DNA from: Malacoraja senta
Lineage: Eukaryota
Assembly (NCBI GenBank): GCA_038087875.1
Contig: CM075995.1
Span: forward strand, 558,001 to 622,000
DNA length: 64,000 bases
Direction of reading: 5' to 3'
Shown: positions 1 through 13,339 of the stretch, piece by piece
How the letters are laid out: each line of letters begins with the position of its first letter
How positions within the stretch are numbered: the first letter of the stretch is position 1
Translations under genes and position numbers: made by a program
Notes under the pieces: model-generated
The model's database searches: none
What the model was told of the DNA's origin: nothing
What the model saw: the letters and a program-made list of their open reading frames with translations, nothing else

Positions 1-381
1 AAGGCAGGCACGGGTTATTGATAGGGGACGATCAGCCATGATCATAATGAATGGCGGTGCTGGCTCGAAGGGCAGAATGACCTCCTCCTGCTCCTATTTT
101 CTATGTTTCTATGTTTGTCTGCGCTTGGTCCATATCCCTCCAAACCTGTTCTATCCATGTACCTGTCTTAACTGTTTCTTAAACGATGGGATAGTCCCAG
201 CCTCAACTACCTCCTCTGGCAGCTTGTTCCATGCACCCACCACCCTTTGTGTGAAAAAGTTACCCCTCGGATTCCTATTAAATCTTTTCCCCTTCACCTT
301 AAACCTATGTCCTCTGGTCCTCGATTCCCCTACTCTGGGCAAGAGACTCTGTGCATCTCCTACCCGATCTATTCCTCCCAT
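1..381. mobile_element. Two CR1 3' fragments in opposite orientation (+ 1-112; - 113-381)
   Basis: Tail motif; ORF RTRGHRFKVKG..FFTQRVVGAWNKLP. Confidence 0.8.
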
Positions 382-1599
382 GAAACAAGAAATAGGATTT
401 CAAAGCTCACAATTTAACCCCAGTGTTCAAAACCATTGTTAAATCATTGTGGTGATGTCTTAACTTGAAGAACTTGAGTGAAATTTTGATTTTGATCGAA
501 TTTCCTGTAATACTGCTCAACAGCTCCAATTCCATTAGACGGATTCAGCTACAGCCATTGTTTTGTCTAGTTTTTTTTCACGGCAACTCCAGTTCATTAT
601 CCTGGACGCCTAAAATTATGGCCCTGGCAATTTTTTGTTTGCTTCACTCCTCATGAACACTCGCAGCCAATGATTGATTCTCATTTCACCCTTCCTTCTC
701 CCTGGGCCAGCCAAGGGAGCCAAGAACTGTTTGAAAGCAATTATCCTTCGCCAAAACATAAGTTGCAAAGAACAATTTAATTGCTTGGGATATACAACGG
801 GAAGAATTTGGGGACTGACAATGACAATTCTCTAGCAATTAAAAGCACAAATATAGAAGTGTTTAGACCAATTATATCAATCATTATCATTTTAAATTAA
901 GGTTAATGTTAATTTATTAATCTCTGGTCCTTCTTCAATCTTCATCACTTGCCAATATGTGAAAATGAATATCAAAATTGGGAATGTGAAACCCTAAGAA
1001 CTCTCTCACACTGATTTTATCCTGAACTGCAGCCATATCAACTACCTACTGCTGCCTGATTCTAATGTTCCAACCAAAGTGCTGGAGTAACTCAGCCGTT
1101 TGAGGAAGGGTCCCGATGTCACCCATCCGTGTCCTCCAGAGATCCTGACCTGTTGAGCTACTCATGTACTTTGCGTCCTTTCGGTGGGCGAAGAAGGGCT
1201 TGATGGTGCACATAGGGAGTGATGTCGGAAGCCAGGGCTCTAAACAGGCGCGGCGGTGCGAGTCGGGGATGGGTCCTGCTCGGTCCGTCCGCTAGATCCG
1301 ACATATGTTACAAGGGGTTCGTTAAATCGCAGGTTTACTATGTTGTCTTTGCGAAACAGTTAGGAGGGAAGATTGAGAGCATAGTTAATTCGTTCACGAC
1401 AGAGAGACACGACTGGGAAGAGCACTTGCCACACCATCTGTGGCCCCTCAGGGAATTTCAATGCCGAATGTTGTTTGGATTATAGGGCTGGGCGGACTAT
1501 CAGTCACTAAGAAATTGGTGTTTAACCTGTACCTGCAGAGATATTTAATGCTGATACACAAGTCACAATAAAGCAAGCCTGGAGACAATTTATTCTAAC

Positions 1600-1717
1600 C
1601 TCCTGTGCAACTCTTGAGTAATGCGCCTTTTCTCTCTTCATTTTTCCTCCAGCTCCTCCAGACACAAGGCCATTAGTTGCATGAGAAACAGTTGCTTGAT
1701 ATGAGCAGCTTGTGTCA
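1600..1717 (-). CDS. NUP153: NUP153 coding exon 11 (DTSCSYQATVSHATNGLVSGGAGGKMKREKAHYSRVAQE)
   Basis: NGL..G.GGKM(K/R)RE motif; 118 nt; TAG acceptor and GTTAG donor; the gene continues beyond the left window edge. Confidence 0.9.
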
Positions 1718-1829
1718 CTACAATACAAATAAAAAGGGAGAAAGTCTCGGAATTGCTGATTAGAGAATGATAAAATATTTCAAAATGCCTGTCTGCAATA
1801 AACCAATGCTGGAATTGCAGGTAACATAC

Positions 1830-1885
1830 CTTTTTGTTGCTTGAAGGCTTACTTCAGAAGGTACAGGCGACTTTTCCTTTAGTCT
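1830..1885 (-). CDS. NUP153: NUP153 coding exon 10 (RLKEKSPVPSEVSLQATK-S)
   Basis: Poorly conserved sequence, but the CAG and GTATGT sites and the 56-nt length bridge phase 0 (exon 9) to phase 2 (exon 11). Confidence 0.75.
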
Positions 1886-2544
1886 CTGTAATCACAAACC
1901 GATGGAATTTAATTCTTGGACTTAATATTTTAATTCTAATTCTAACTTTTTTAATTTCTTAATAGTATTTTTAGCTTTGGCTGGGCCCAAGCACTTTTGC
2001 ATGTTTTTGAATGACAACTGTTCAATGCTAATGACACTTTGTAATGACTTATTCCTCTATTTAAACTATTTTCTATAATTCAGAATTTTCCTATTACATA
2101 ATGATTTTACAGAGTTCAACAGAGTAAAGTGAAATATATATTTTAATAGTGCCACTGGATTTGCTTTAGAGACAGAACATTTCATTAACCATGTCAGAAA
2201 TCACACAACCCAACCAAAACTGCAGAGAAATCATTGGGTCAAATCCCAGATTTTTACTAATCACCTCCATTATCAAACTGGTGGGAGCAAAGTATTATTT
2301 TATTCAGATAATATTAAGAGAAAATAATAAATTACCAGATAAATGAGCAGCACTGATTTTAAGCAGCAAAAAAAGTTAAATCCCATGGTGTCTATTTCAA
2401 ATTACTATAAATTATTTTAACATGTTGGTTAGCATAGATTAGAAATATGAAAAATAATAAGCATTCATTAATTAGCAGCAAAAACTGATTAAGCTGTTAA
2501 ACAGACAACACAAGGAAATTTTAAAAGTAAGATTAATTTCTTAC

Positions 2545-2685
2545 ATTGTTTCGGACTTCAGTCTTGTTAATATGTCTATTACTCTGCCATCCGGGGGTAA
2601 GAGATGGCTTGTAAAACATGGATCTATTTGCTGTAACAACTGTAGGAGTCTGAAGTTTCTGGACAGGAGGAGACTGGGTTTCTAC
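2545..2685 (-). CDS. NUP153: NUP153 coding exon 9 (VETQSPPVQKLQTPTVVTANRSMFYKPSLTP...)
   Basis: PPVQ.L.TP and NRS..(F/Y)KPSLTP motifs; 141 nt; canonical sites. Confidence 0.92.
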
Positions 2686-3509
2686 CTGAAAATAAAAGTA
2701 GGAATTTATAGATTAACATCATTTTTAATTTAGCTACGAAGTTAGACCCAAAATGCTAGAGAAAAGGAATAAGTAGCGTTTTGGGTCAGCTTCTTCAGAC
2801 CAATTCATTTAGCTACATTTGCAACTACGTCATTATGCATCAAATTCGTAGCCATGAATTCTAAATGCTGTTTGCTGTGGAAATATTTGAAAGTACCAAA
2901 CAATATCCACCAAGCAAACTGAAAATAAGCAGCTATAAGTTTACAAAAAACAAAATCTGTAGTACAGTGGCAGCCCTTCTTCCCAAAGCCCTTCTCCTTC
3001 CTTTTGCCAAATCAAGCATGAAATGGTTTACTGTAGAAACAGCGCAGTATTGTACGTGGACAATTGAACTACTTTTGCCCAGTAACAGCTGACTATACTG
3101 TCAACAGTTGCTCTGGCAGGATTGCGCTTTTGCAACTTAAGCTCATTTGGCCTCTGTTGCCACTGCCCTATTCCACATCACAGCTGCAGCACTCAACGTA
3201 TTATGAGCACTGTCAAGCCTTTCAAGCAGGTATCTACACTGGCATGCTGCAAGGGGCGATGCTGTATGGAAGCAGATGTTTTCAATATCATCAGTCAAAC
3301 AGAAACATTTATAGAGGCCATAACCAACACAAGACTTTCTTTCACTTATGTACAAACTAGATTATTCAACGATTGCACACAACCATTTTATTTCTATTCT
3401 TCTGCTCCTTTAATAGATTTATCATTGATGTTTGCTTGGCAAAAACACTTAAAACTATAAACACTATATTTCATCCTAGTCTTTAATCATCCGTTGCATT
3501 TGGATAGGG

Positions 3510-4675
3510 ATGATCAGTACAGCTTTGTGCATGGCAAATCATGTCTCATCAATATAATTCAGTTTTTTTTTGCATTCACTTATAATTAAGAAGTGAATAA
3601 GAGGATTGACAAGGGAAGAGCGGGAGACATTATCTACATGGATTTTAGCATGGCCTATGACAAGGCATGGCAGACTGGTCTGGGAGGTTATAGTCGGGGT
3701 CACTCAGCGTGGAAACAGGCCCTTCGGCCAAACTTGCCCATGCCGACCAACATGGACCATCTACACTAGTCAATCCTATCTGTTTTTGGCCCATATCCCT
3801 CTAAACCTATTCTATCCATGTACCTGCCCAAATGTTTCTTCAAATGTTGCGATAGTATCTGCCTCATCTACCTCCTTCGGCAGCTCGTTCCATAAACCGA
3901 CCCCACCATTTGTGTAAAAACGTGGCCCATATGGTTCCTATTAAATCTTTCCCCTCTCAACTTAAACCTATGTTCTCTGGTTTTTGATACCCCTACTTTG
4001 GGTAAATGAATCTGTGCATCTACCCGATTTATTCCTCTCATTATTTTATACACCTCTATAAGTTTATTCTTATCCTCCTGCGCTCAAAAGAATAAAGTCC
4101 CAGCCTGCTCAACCTCTCCCTATAGTTCAGGGACAATATATTACAGTTGTACCAAAAGTTGGTTGGACCACATTTGGAGTGTTTTATGCAGTTCTGCATG
4201 TCAGGCATGTCTTATTATAATAAGGATGATATTAAACTAGAGAGGGTGCAAAGGAATTTACAAGCATGTTGCTTGCATTGAGAGCTTGAGTTATAAGAAG
4301 AGATTGAAGATAGGAATGAAGGAAACCAAACAAAGATTTATAAAATGATGCGGGGCATTGATTGGGTATACACAGTCTTTGTCCCACGGCAGGGAAGTCT
4401 AAGACTAGATGGCTTAGGTTTAATGTGAGATGGGGAACATTTAAAGGGGATATGAAGAACAAATATTTCCACACAGAAATATATGGCAGATATGGAATGA
4501 GCTGCCAGAGATGGCGGTAGAGGCAGGTACAACTACAACCTTTAATAATCATTTGAACAGGTACAGGGATATGAAAGGTTGAGAGGGATCTGGTTCAAAC
4601 TCGGAGAAACAAGATTAGTTTAGATGGAAGAGTTTTGCTGCGGGGTCTATTTCCATGCTGTATTATTCTATGACT
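3510..4675. mobile_element. Old + strand CR1 remnant interrupted by a - strand CR1 3' fragment (about 3690-4130)
   Basis: CR1 C-terminal motifs on both strands. Confidence 0.7.
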
Positions 4676-4825
4676 ATACAAGATTAAATATTTAACTTAC
4701 GGCCAAACATTTCAAACATGCCCTAATTAAAAGATACAAGAGCACAAGCTTCTGTACGAAAATAAATTGTCTAAGTAATATCTTGAAATCACATTTTTAG
4801 ATTTGTAAAGGTTCATATATAATAC

Positions 4826-4879
4826 CTTTCTCATCTTGGACTGCCACCCAGTCAGATCTATGGTACTTCTCTCCAAAGG
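4826..4879 (-). CDS. NUP153: NUP153 coding exon 8 (PLERSTIDLTGWQSKMRK)
   Basis: Resembles the mammalian PLDRSGIDITDFQAKREK segment (recalled); 54 nt; ttcag acceptor and GTATT donor. Confidence 0.87.
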
Positions 4880-5545
4880 CTGAAGCAAAATTAACATTGT
4901 AAGTATTAGCAAGAGTTTTAAACGATCATTAAATAATAATTGCATACAAACAGGAGGGAGAAGAGAGTAAAACTTGCAGAATAAGAAAAACAGTTAATAA
5001 AATGATTTTTATACTTGTCAAAGTGTTTGCCAAAATCTGCCTACTTTTAAAATGTCAGCTTTAAACCAGGTATTTTTTTGCTTTGAAAGATTTGTGTACA
5101 ATAATCAGGAATAGGCTTTTTAAAATTTAAAAAGAGCTTCCTTCCACTGCAGCTTTTATGAATTTTCTGCTTCTTACTTAGTGAGAAATGGAGTTCTATT
5201 AACTTATCTTTTGGACTATTTTGAAGCATTTCAATGACTGTGTGTACAATTTGCAGCACATTACTTGAATGGAAGCATTAGTAAAGAGCTATTCTGATCC
5301 TCAGTGCATTTAAAAGCACTTTACAAACAACTAATATAGGCTCATTATTACAATATTCCATCATAAAAACTCTGAGAAGGTGGAATTTATACATGACAAA
5401 ACGTACATTATAATGATTTGGTATCTTTCATAAATTTAACAAAAGTTATAAATCACAACTCATCTCAAAACAAAGTTTGCCAACAGCTATTGAGTCAATT
5501 AATTCCAAAGTCTGAACTGTTCATCAATAACTTTTTTCCACTTAC

Positions 5546-5590
5546 CGTCGATATTGGAGATTCTGCTGCAGATGGAATCCTTTTAGCATC
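5546..5590 (-). CDS. NUP153: NUP153 coding exon 7 (DAKRIPSAAESPIST)
   Basis: DAKRIP continues SPLA from exon 6; 45 nt; tttcag acceptor and GTAAGT donor. Confidence 0.92.
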
Positions 5591-5785
5591 CTGAAATCAC
5601 AATACATCAGATGCTACAAGGTTTTATACTTCACTATTTTTATTTTTCATTCCCTTCGCCTTTTATATTTCTTTATATCAATACCCAATGGTGTCACCTA
5701 CTGATATCACTGAATGGCAACTCACGTACTGTCTGGACAAAGTCTCATGTACTCAGTCTGCCTATTTCTTTCATTCAGTACACAA

Positions 5786-6076
5786 TTTTAGTTTAGTTTA
5801 GAGATGCAGAACTGAAACAGGCCCTTCGGCCCACCTAGTCCATGCCGACCAGCGATCCCTGCACATTAACATTATCCTACAAACACTAGGGACAATTTTA
5901 CCGTCAATTAACCTACAAACCTGTACGTCTATGGAGTGTGGGAGGAAACCGGAGCTCCCGGGGAAGACCCACACAGTTCACAGGTGGAACATATAAAAAA
6001 GGAACAGGCAAGCACCCACAGTCTGGATCAAACCAGGTCTCTGGCGGTGTAAGGTAGCAACTCCACCGTGCCGCCA
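5786..6076 (-). mobile_element. tRNA-derived HE1/V-SINE-like SINE
   Basis: A/B-box-like head, central ggtttcctcccacac core, CR1-like tail, (ctaaa)n end. Confidence 0.8.
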
Positions 6077-6856
6077 TAAAGGATCCCCAAAGATTCAAAA
6101 TGGAAAAGACGTCCAGGAAACATAATATTTTATAGTAACATTTAAATTAATGTTCGTGTAACTAATAAACTCTCCAGAGATGCTGCCTGCCCCGCTGAGT
6201 TACTCCTCAACGAACATTAATTAATTTTTTTTCTCAAGCTGCCAACTAGGGCTTGAACACAATGTTTTGATGATCAGTGTAAGAAGAATGAATGAATACT
6301 TTATTCTCATTATAACATGTAAACATGTACAATGAAATTTAAAATGCCAACCAGTCAGTGCACCATTCACACATTATCTAAAAGCTAACGATACGTAAAA
6401 GAGAAATGTCTAAAATAAACAACTAAAATAAATAACATGAAAAAAAAAACAAGCATAAAGCATAAACTGCAGATGCTGGTTGTGACCCTCTGAAGAAGGG
6501 TCACGACCCGAAGCATCCTTCTCTCCAGAGATGTTGACGGTCCTCTTGCTTTTTGTGTCTATATTTGTTTTGATGATCAGTTCTTTTACTGAGCCAAGAT
6601 TGTCCCCTCATCTATATTTTTATTCTATCCAGTTGAAATGAACATTCCTAAACATTGTGCCGGCTCCAGGAGTGAATGGCACTCATTTTGCAGGAAAACA
6701 AAACTACCTGATAGCACAAAAATAAAACACAAAGTGCTGGAGGATCTTTAAAAGATCAACCCATGTTGAAAAGATTTGCCAATGTCAACATCAAACAAAC
6801 TTTAAAAAAATTAAACAGTACAACAAATATCTGAAATTCAAACTATGAGAACATAC

Positions 6857-6973
6857 TGCCAAGGGACTCGACATCTTTTCTAAAGACTGGAGAATGCGTC
6901 TGGCTGTGGCACTTGTCACTCCATAAGATGTTGAACTTGCTGGTTTTGCTTTCATCCGTCTCCTTATTGGAAC
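6857..6973 (-). CDS. NUP153: NUP153 coding exon 6 (VPIRRRMKAKPASSTSYGVTSATARRILQSLEKMSSPLA)
   Basis: TARRILQSLEKMSSPLA motif; 117 nt; TAG acceptor and GTATGT donor. Confidence 0.96.
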
Positions 6974-7117
6974 CTAGGGTTCAAAAATATCAGAGTTTAT
7001 TTCAACAATGCTTCAGGATACTATTCATTTCTGTGGAGAAAGAGAGCAGAGCCAGGAAACGCATTCCACCTCAAAAATTGATCATAATCAAAATCAAAAG
7101 CATGAAATAAAGTATTT

Positions 7118-7340
7118 GTAGGAAGGAACTGCAGATGTTGGTTTAAACCGAAGATAGGCACAAAAAGCTGGAGTGAACACAGCGGGACAGTCACGATCTC
7201 TGGAGAGAAGGAATGGGTAATATTTCGGGTCGAGTCCTTTCTTTAGTCTGAAGAAGGGTTTCGACTCGAAACGGTACCCATTCCTTCTCTCCAGAGATGC
7301 TGCCTGCCTCGCTGAGTCACTCCAGCATTTTGTGTCTATC
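7118..7340. mobile_element. Palindromic Penelope-derived element
   Basis: Two inverted tail copies meeting at about 7246. Confidence 0.8.
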
Positions 7341-8871
7341 TCTGCATGGAATATCTACATCTCTCAGTGCCTGCCACAAGCATAAATTTGACATATTCTA
7401 TTACTACAGATAGGAGTAAGAACTTAAACGGAGCCAAAGTAGACTTGCGTCCGATTAAGCCAATTTTCAAGGATTAGGCGAAAAAATGTAGTTGAAGTAC
7501 AGAACACAGGCTATTCAGCCTCTTGTGGGTTCAAAATGATCACGATCGATCTTTGCATCACCTTCCTGCAACAACCCTAAATATCTTAATACCTAAACAT
7601 TTTAATGATCCCAGTTTTAAATATATTTAGAAATTCACTCAAGAAATGTCAGCCTGGAAGAAATGTCCACAATGTCAAACTGCTTCAGAACTTGCATCAA
7701 TCAAAGCACTTGTGAGAGTTTGTGTACTTATCTTGCCAGCTGCCAACTGAAAACTCAGTGCAACTTGTGCTGAAAACAAAACAAGAACTAAAACCACAAC
7801 AGTAATGAGTTGACAGGCAGCGAACAGATGGACTGATCACTGGAGGCAAGAAATTGAATCCTGCCAATATGCTGCGTAACAGACTGACTTGGCACATAAA
7901 GTGTGACATATCACCACTCAGTGCAAGACAAATCGGGAGAAAATGGAAAAAGCTGTGCAGCAATTTACTCACCATGGTTACAAAATAATAACTGTTGCCT
8001 TTCCGATCTGCTTACATGTGAAGCAGATTTAAAACAAGTTTGGGCAAAAATCCGTATAGAATATTGTTTACGTTCTAATGTCGATAGATACATTTACAAG
8101 GGCAACACAGTGACAGAGATGCTGCCTTACAGTGCCAGAGACCCGGGTGACTGACCACTGGTGCTGTCTGTACAGAGTTTGTACGTTCTCCCTGTGGGGT
8201 TTTTCCTGGGGCTCTGGTTTCGTCCCATACTCCAAAGACGTACAGGTTTGTAGGTTTGGCTTTGGTAACATTGGAAATTGTCCCTAGTGCGTAGGATAGT
8301 GCTAGAGAATGAGGTCATAAGGTCAAAAGTGATTAGCAGAATTAAGTCATTCGGCCATTAAGTCTACTCCGCCATTCAATCGTAGATAATCTATCTCTAC
8401 CTCCTAACCCCCATTCTCCTGCCTTCTCCCCATAGGTGAAGAGGCCACACAGGTGAAGAGTATACAATTCAGTTATTCAGTGGAATGGGTGCTGATGAGA
8501 TCAACAGGATGCTACCCAGGCTTGCGGGCTTATGTTACAGGGAGAGGTTGCATCGGCTGAGATACTTTTCTTTTGGAGCGTAGAAGTTCTCCTTAATTGA
8601 GGTGCACAAGATCACGATGGACATGGATTAAGTAAACGCTCAGGCTTTTTCTCTGGTCACAGGAAACAAAAATAAGGGAGCTTAAGTTTAAGATGAGAGG
8701 GGTGAGATTTAAAATGGACTAATGGCACAACTTTTTTTTCCATTTTGAGGGTAGTCTGTATCTGGAATGCGCTGCCAGAAACTACAGCAGAGAATCAATT
8801 ACGATTTTTAAAAGCCATTGAATAAATATATGGATAGGATAGGAAGAGTTTAGGAGGGATTTTTAAATTTT

Positions 8872-9178
8872 ATTTTAGTTTAGAGATACAGGGTGGAAAG
8901 AGGCCCTTTCAGCCCACCGGGTCCGCGCCAACCAGCAATCCCCGCACCTTAACACTATCCTATACCCACTTAGGGACAATTTTTATATTTACCAAGCCAA
9001 TTAATCTACATACCTGTACGTCTTTGGAGTGTGGGAGGAAACCGACGATCTCGTAGGTAACCCCCGCAGGTCACGGGGAGAACGTACAAACTCCATACAG
9101 GCAGCCCCCGTAGTCAGGATCGAACCCGGGTCTCTGGCGCTGCATTCGCTGTTAGGCAGCAACTCTCCCGTGCCACCA
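8872..9178 (-). mobile_element. HE1/V-SINE-like SINE inserted into a CR1 tail
   Basis: Same family; the CR1 tail resumes at 9179. Confidence 0.8.
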
Positions 9179-9769
9179 AGGGATGTGTGCTAAATGCAGG
9201 CAAATGGGACTAGTACAGTACAGCATGGTCAGCATGAACAGGGTGGGCTAAAGAGCATGTTTCCATGCTCTACGACCTCCCCTGGCTGATCTCCACCCCC
9301 CTGATCCTCGTGCCTTTCACAAACCTCTCCTGTCTGCTCCACATCACCCATTTTTGTCCTCCTTCCCCTCATTCTACTTACTTCACCAAAAAGACCACCG
9401 GCTACGGGAGTCAAGATCATCCCGTTAACAGGGGCTCGAGGCCCCTGACCAAGGAAGAACACAAGGGAAGGACTTGAACTTTATTTCGCCTTCCATCACA
9501 GTGAGGAATGTGTAGGAGTCACTGTGGTGGATGTTCATATTAAAATGTGTTTTTGAGTCTGTTGCTTTTAATTGTATGACTGACCTGGCCAATGAAACTC
9601 CTCGTATGTTGCAAAACATACTTGGCGAATAAAATCTGATTCTGATTCTGATTCACAAACAGTTCATCCACACTCTTCCTCCCCATGCCAGCTCCTGGTT
9701 CTATCCACCACTCACCCTAACATCATCACCTTCCTTACTTATCAGATTGTAGCACTGGCAGCCTTTAGT

Positions 9770-10690
9770 TCAGTTTATTATTGTCACACGTACCGAGTTA
9801 GCGAAAAGCTTGTTTTGTTGCATGCTTTCCAGTCAGAGAAATCAATCCCCCACAGTGAACAGATACAGGATAAATGGAATAATGTTTTGTGCAAGATAAA
9901 GTCCAGTAATTCTGATTAAAGATAGTTTGAAGTTCTCCAATGTGGTGGATCAGGACTGCTCTATAGTTGGTGATAGGATGATTTAGATGCCCAATAACAA
10001 ACAGCAGGAATAAACTGTCCCTGAATCTGAAGGTGTGTTTTCAAACTTCTGCACCTATCCCCTGATGGGAGAGGGAAAGAGAGGGAATGACCGGGGTGGT
10101 CTCTGATTATGTCGGTGGCCTTGCCGAAGCAGTGTGATGTGTAGATGGAGTCAATGGAAGAGAGGGTGGTTTGTGTGATGGTATGGCTACGTCCACAACT
10201 CTGCAATTTCTTGCAGTCTTGGATGGAACTGTTCCCAAACCATGCTGTGATGCATGCTGATAAAATGCTTTCTATGACACATCTGTAGGAATTGCTGAGA
10301 GTTGTTGGGGACATGCCAAACTTCATAAGTCTTCAAAGGATGTAGAGGTATTGGTGAGCTTTCTTGGACAGTCCTTCTATATGGTCCAGGACAAGTTGCT
10401 GGTGATATTTACTCCTAAAAACTTGAAGATTTTCTACATCGGCGCTGGATGTATATTTGTGAAATTGATAACAATCTCCTTGGTCTCGCTGGCATTGAGG
10501 GAAAGGTTGTTGTCTTGGCACTAGGTCACGAGGTTTTCAATCTCCTTCATGTACTCCGTCTCATCATTATTTGATGTAGTTATACACCCACGACTGTGCA
10601 CCCAAATACTGCACAGTAAAGGAGGCTGAGAACGCATCCTCGTGGGGCACCAGTGTTGAGGATTATCGTCGAGGATGATTTGTCACCTTC
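9770..10690 (-). mobile_element. Rex1/Babar-like LINE 3' part
   Basis: YRCVIESILSACITAWFGN..; II.D..HPGH.L..LPSG.R.RS; upstream GAP.GC RT segment. Confidence 0.75.
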
Positions 10691-11157
10691 CAGCAGTTGT
10701 CTTTAACTTCATCCTCGCCTCACTTGACTCCACCTGCCTTCTTTTTTCTCACTTTCGTCTGCCTCCATTCATAAACCCACCTCTTGCCTCCTAACTCCAC
10801 CCCGTCCTGGTTCCATATGCCCGTTATCCTTCATCCTTCCACCCCTATGGTTAGCTCGATTGTAATCACATTGTCTTTCCGCTGACTGGTTAGCACGCAA
10901 CAAAAGCTTTTCACTGTACCTCGGTACACGTGACAAACTAAACTCAAACTCCCCAGACCACCACTTGCTCTCTCCGCTTAATGCTAATTATCTCCCCTCT
11001 CCACTCTGTCGTGATGCAGGGTTTTGTCCTGAAACGTCATCTGCCCATTTCCCTCACATAAAAAATACCTCCACAGATACTGCCTGATCTGTCAAGTTCC
11101 TCCAGCAGCTTATTTTTTGTTCCAGCATCTTTTGCTAAGCTCCCTATCTGTTGATAT

Positions 11158-11403
11158 ACATAAAACGCTGGAGCAACTCAGCGGGTCAGGCAACATCTCT
11201 GGAGAAAAGGAATACGTGACATTTCGGATCGAGACCCTTCAGACCGAGTCAGGGAGGGGGACACTGGACACAATGTATGGGCATACATTGACGTAAAACA
11301 TCACTAATTACTTTTCTCCAGAGATGCTGCCTGACCAGCTGAGTTGCTCCGGCATTTTGTGTCTATCTTTGGTGCAAACTAGCATTTGCAGTTCCTTCTT
11401 ACA
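11158..11403. mobile_element. Palindromic Penelope-derived element with a short spacer
   Basis: Inverted tail copies at 11158-11245 and 11295-11403. Confidence 0.75.
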
Positions 11404-11616
11404 CCTTTCCTGTTGCATTGGAAATAAACTAAAAGAGCGTACAGCTCTTGCAATGATTTCATCTGCTTGAACTTATGGCTTAATATAAAATATTTAAAAA
11501 ATAAGATTGTCCTTTGATCTGGCTCTCAAAATTCAAAGAACTTCCCATTGTGAAGTATGTTTTTAAAAAGTTCAAAATTAAAAAAACAGAATAAAGAATC
11601 ACGCGATTGCCTTTAC

Positions 11617-11745
11617 CTGATACGGTGTACCTCGCATTTGAGGAGTCCTTCCTGCTGCTGCAGCTCCACCATATGTAGTCTTGCCAGGGTAGAAAGGGGA
11701 ATCCCCAAATTGGCTTGTATTTAATAATGACGTACTAATAAAAGA
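11617..11745 (-). CDS. NUP153: NUP153 coding exon 5 (SFISTSLLNTSQFGDSPFYPGKTTYGGAAAAGRTPQMRGTPYQ)
   Basis: SPFYPGKTTYGGA signature motif; 129 nt; canonical splice sites. Confidence 0.96.
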
Positions 11746-11832
11746 CTGCAAAAAGCAAGACCATTTTGAATTTCAGTGTTATAAGTGTGTACGTAATGGT
11801 TAGACAAATTCAATCCAATCACATATACTTAC

Positions 11833-11972
11833 TGGAGGCGAACTTCCGAAAGCTGAGAGATTAAAAGATGGCCTTTTCAGGCTTGTAGCGGGTTGTTGGG
11901 GGACTGACTGAAAGCGGTCCCCCTCTGGAGACCACAAGGGCGGTAAAGAAGCATTCCTTGAAGTTATCACAT
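11833..11972 (-). CDS. NUP153: NUP153 coding exon 4 (DVITSRNASLPPLWSPE...RPSFNLSAFGSSPP)
   Basis: LPPLWSPE and FNLSAFG motifs; AG acceptor and GTAAGT donor; 140 nt, phase 1 to 0. Confidence 0.95.
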
Positions 11973-13339
11973 CTGTATTATTAAAGCAATAAAATGTTTA
12001 ATCTAGAATATTTTTGATAAATTTGAGTACTGTTAAAAAATGTTCATCTTTGATTAGCATTATTGGTGGAACAGATCCTTAACTAGAATATTTTTAAATT
12101 ATTCTTGTTTCTACAAATGAACACTTCAGATATGTAACATTCGTCACAAACACCAATTAGTTTAGCAGACATGTGGCGAGGAAGGTGCCAAAGTCAAGTC
12201 TGTTCTGTTGCAGAAGGAATTGTGTCACAATGGACATTGTCACTAGAAGAGGAGAAATAAACTATAGAAGCAACACAAGGGAACAGCTCACTCAACCTGA
12301 CACAGGTCCAAAATAGAGTTGGGCTTCTGGGAGATGGTATAGAAGAGTAATGAACTCAATGAAGTGCTGAAACCCAATGCTCAGCTACCCAAACCTGGGC
12401 ATAAAGTCAATTTGGCACAATGACAGGAGTACGTTTCTGGTGTGGAGCATTTGAGACATTACTACCGAAGACCAACCCGGGTACATGGTCAATTCAGACA
12501 CAGTAAAGGACCAACATGATGCTCCTTTAGCTATTTATAGTTTTACTATAGGAAAATCTGTAGCTTGAGCAACTAAATAAAATTGAGCAACACAAATTTC
12601 ACTTTAAGATTAGTTAGCATATATTCATGTCCACAAGCCAAGGTACACACAGTCAGAAGTGTTGTTCTACCATTCATTCAGATTTCTCTTTTGCTCGATC
12701 TCAACTTACTTACATTAAGATACCTTATGCTTCAAGATCCTGCAACCAGAAAATTAATCTAACATCTTCTTAAAACTAATCTTAAAGTTAAAGTCTTCAT
12801 AAATCAACCAATATGGGGAACTCCCGGGTTACGCGAGGGTTTTATTCCCGAGAAATGTTTGCAAGCTGATCTCACAGCAAGTCAGATATCTACTTTATTT
12901 TGTAACTCATATGGCACGCGGGTGCGCGCATACACACACACACAAACAAATTCTTTAATTAAATAATCACCCTATCACCACCCATTAGACTAATAGAACA
13001 TATATTAATGAATACCATGAAACATATTATTACTAATTTGAAAAATGTACAGAAGAATTTGTGTTGTTTGATTTCATAAATCAGGTTAAAAGGTCATAAG
13101 TGATAGGAGCAGAATTAAGCCAATCGGCCTATCAAGTCTACCTTACCATTTAATAATGGCTGATCTATCTCTCCTTCCGATCCCTCTTCTCCTGCCTTCT
13201 CCCCCTAACCCATGACACCCGTACTAATCATCGGGCTATTTGTTACCCAGGGAGCCCGTGTATAGAGATTAGATTATTTTCTTAGCCGCATCTCATAAAA
13301 CAATCATTTTGGCTGCCACTTCAATCATTGTTGTTGACC

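Noticed and set aside
880-995. Possible NUP153 exon 12 (ttcttag|GFTFPIL...)
   Set aside because: Runs into a stop with no good donor and does not resemble the expected EVPVLP-like segment
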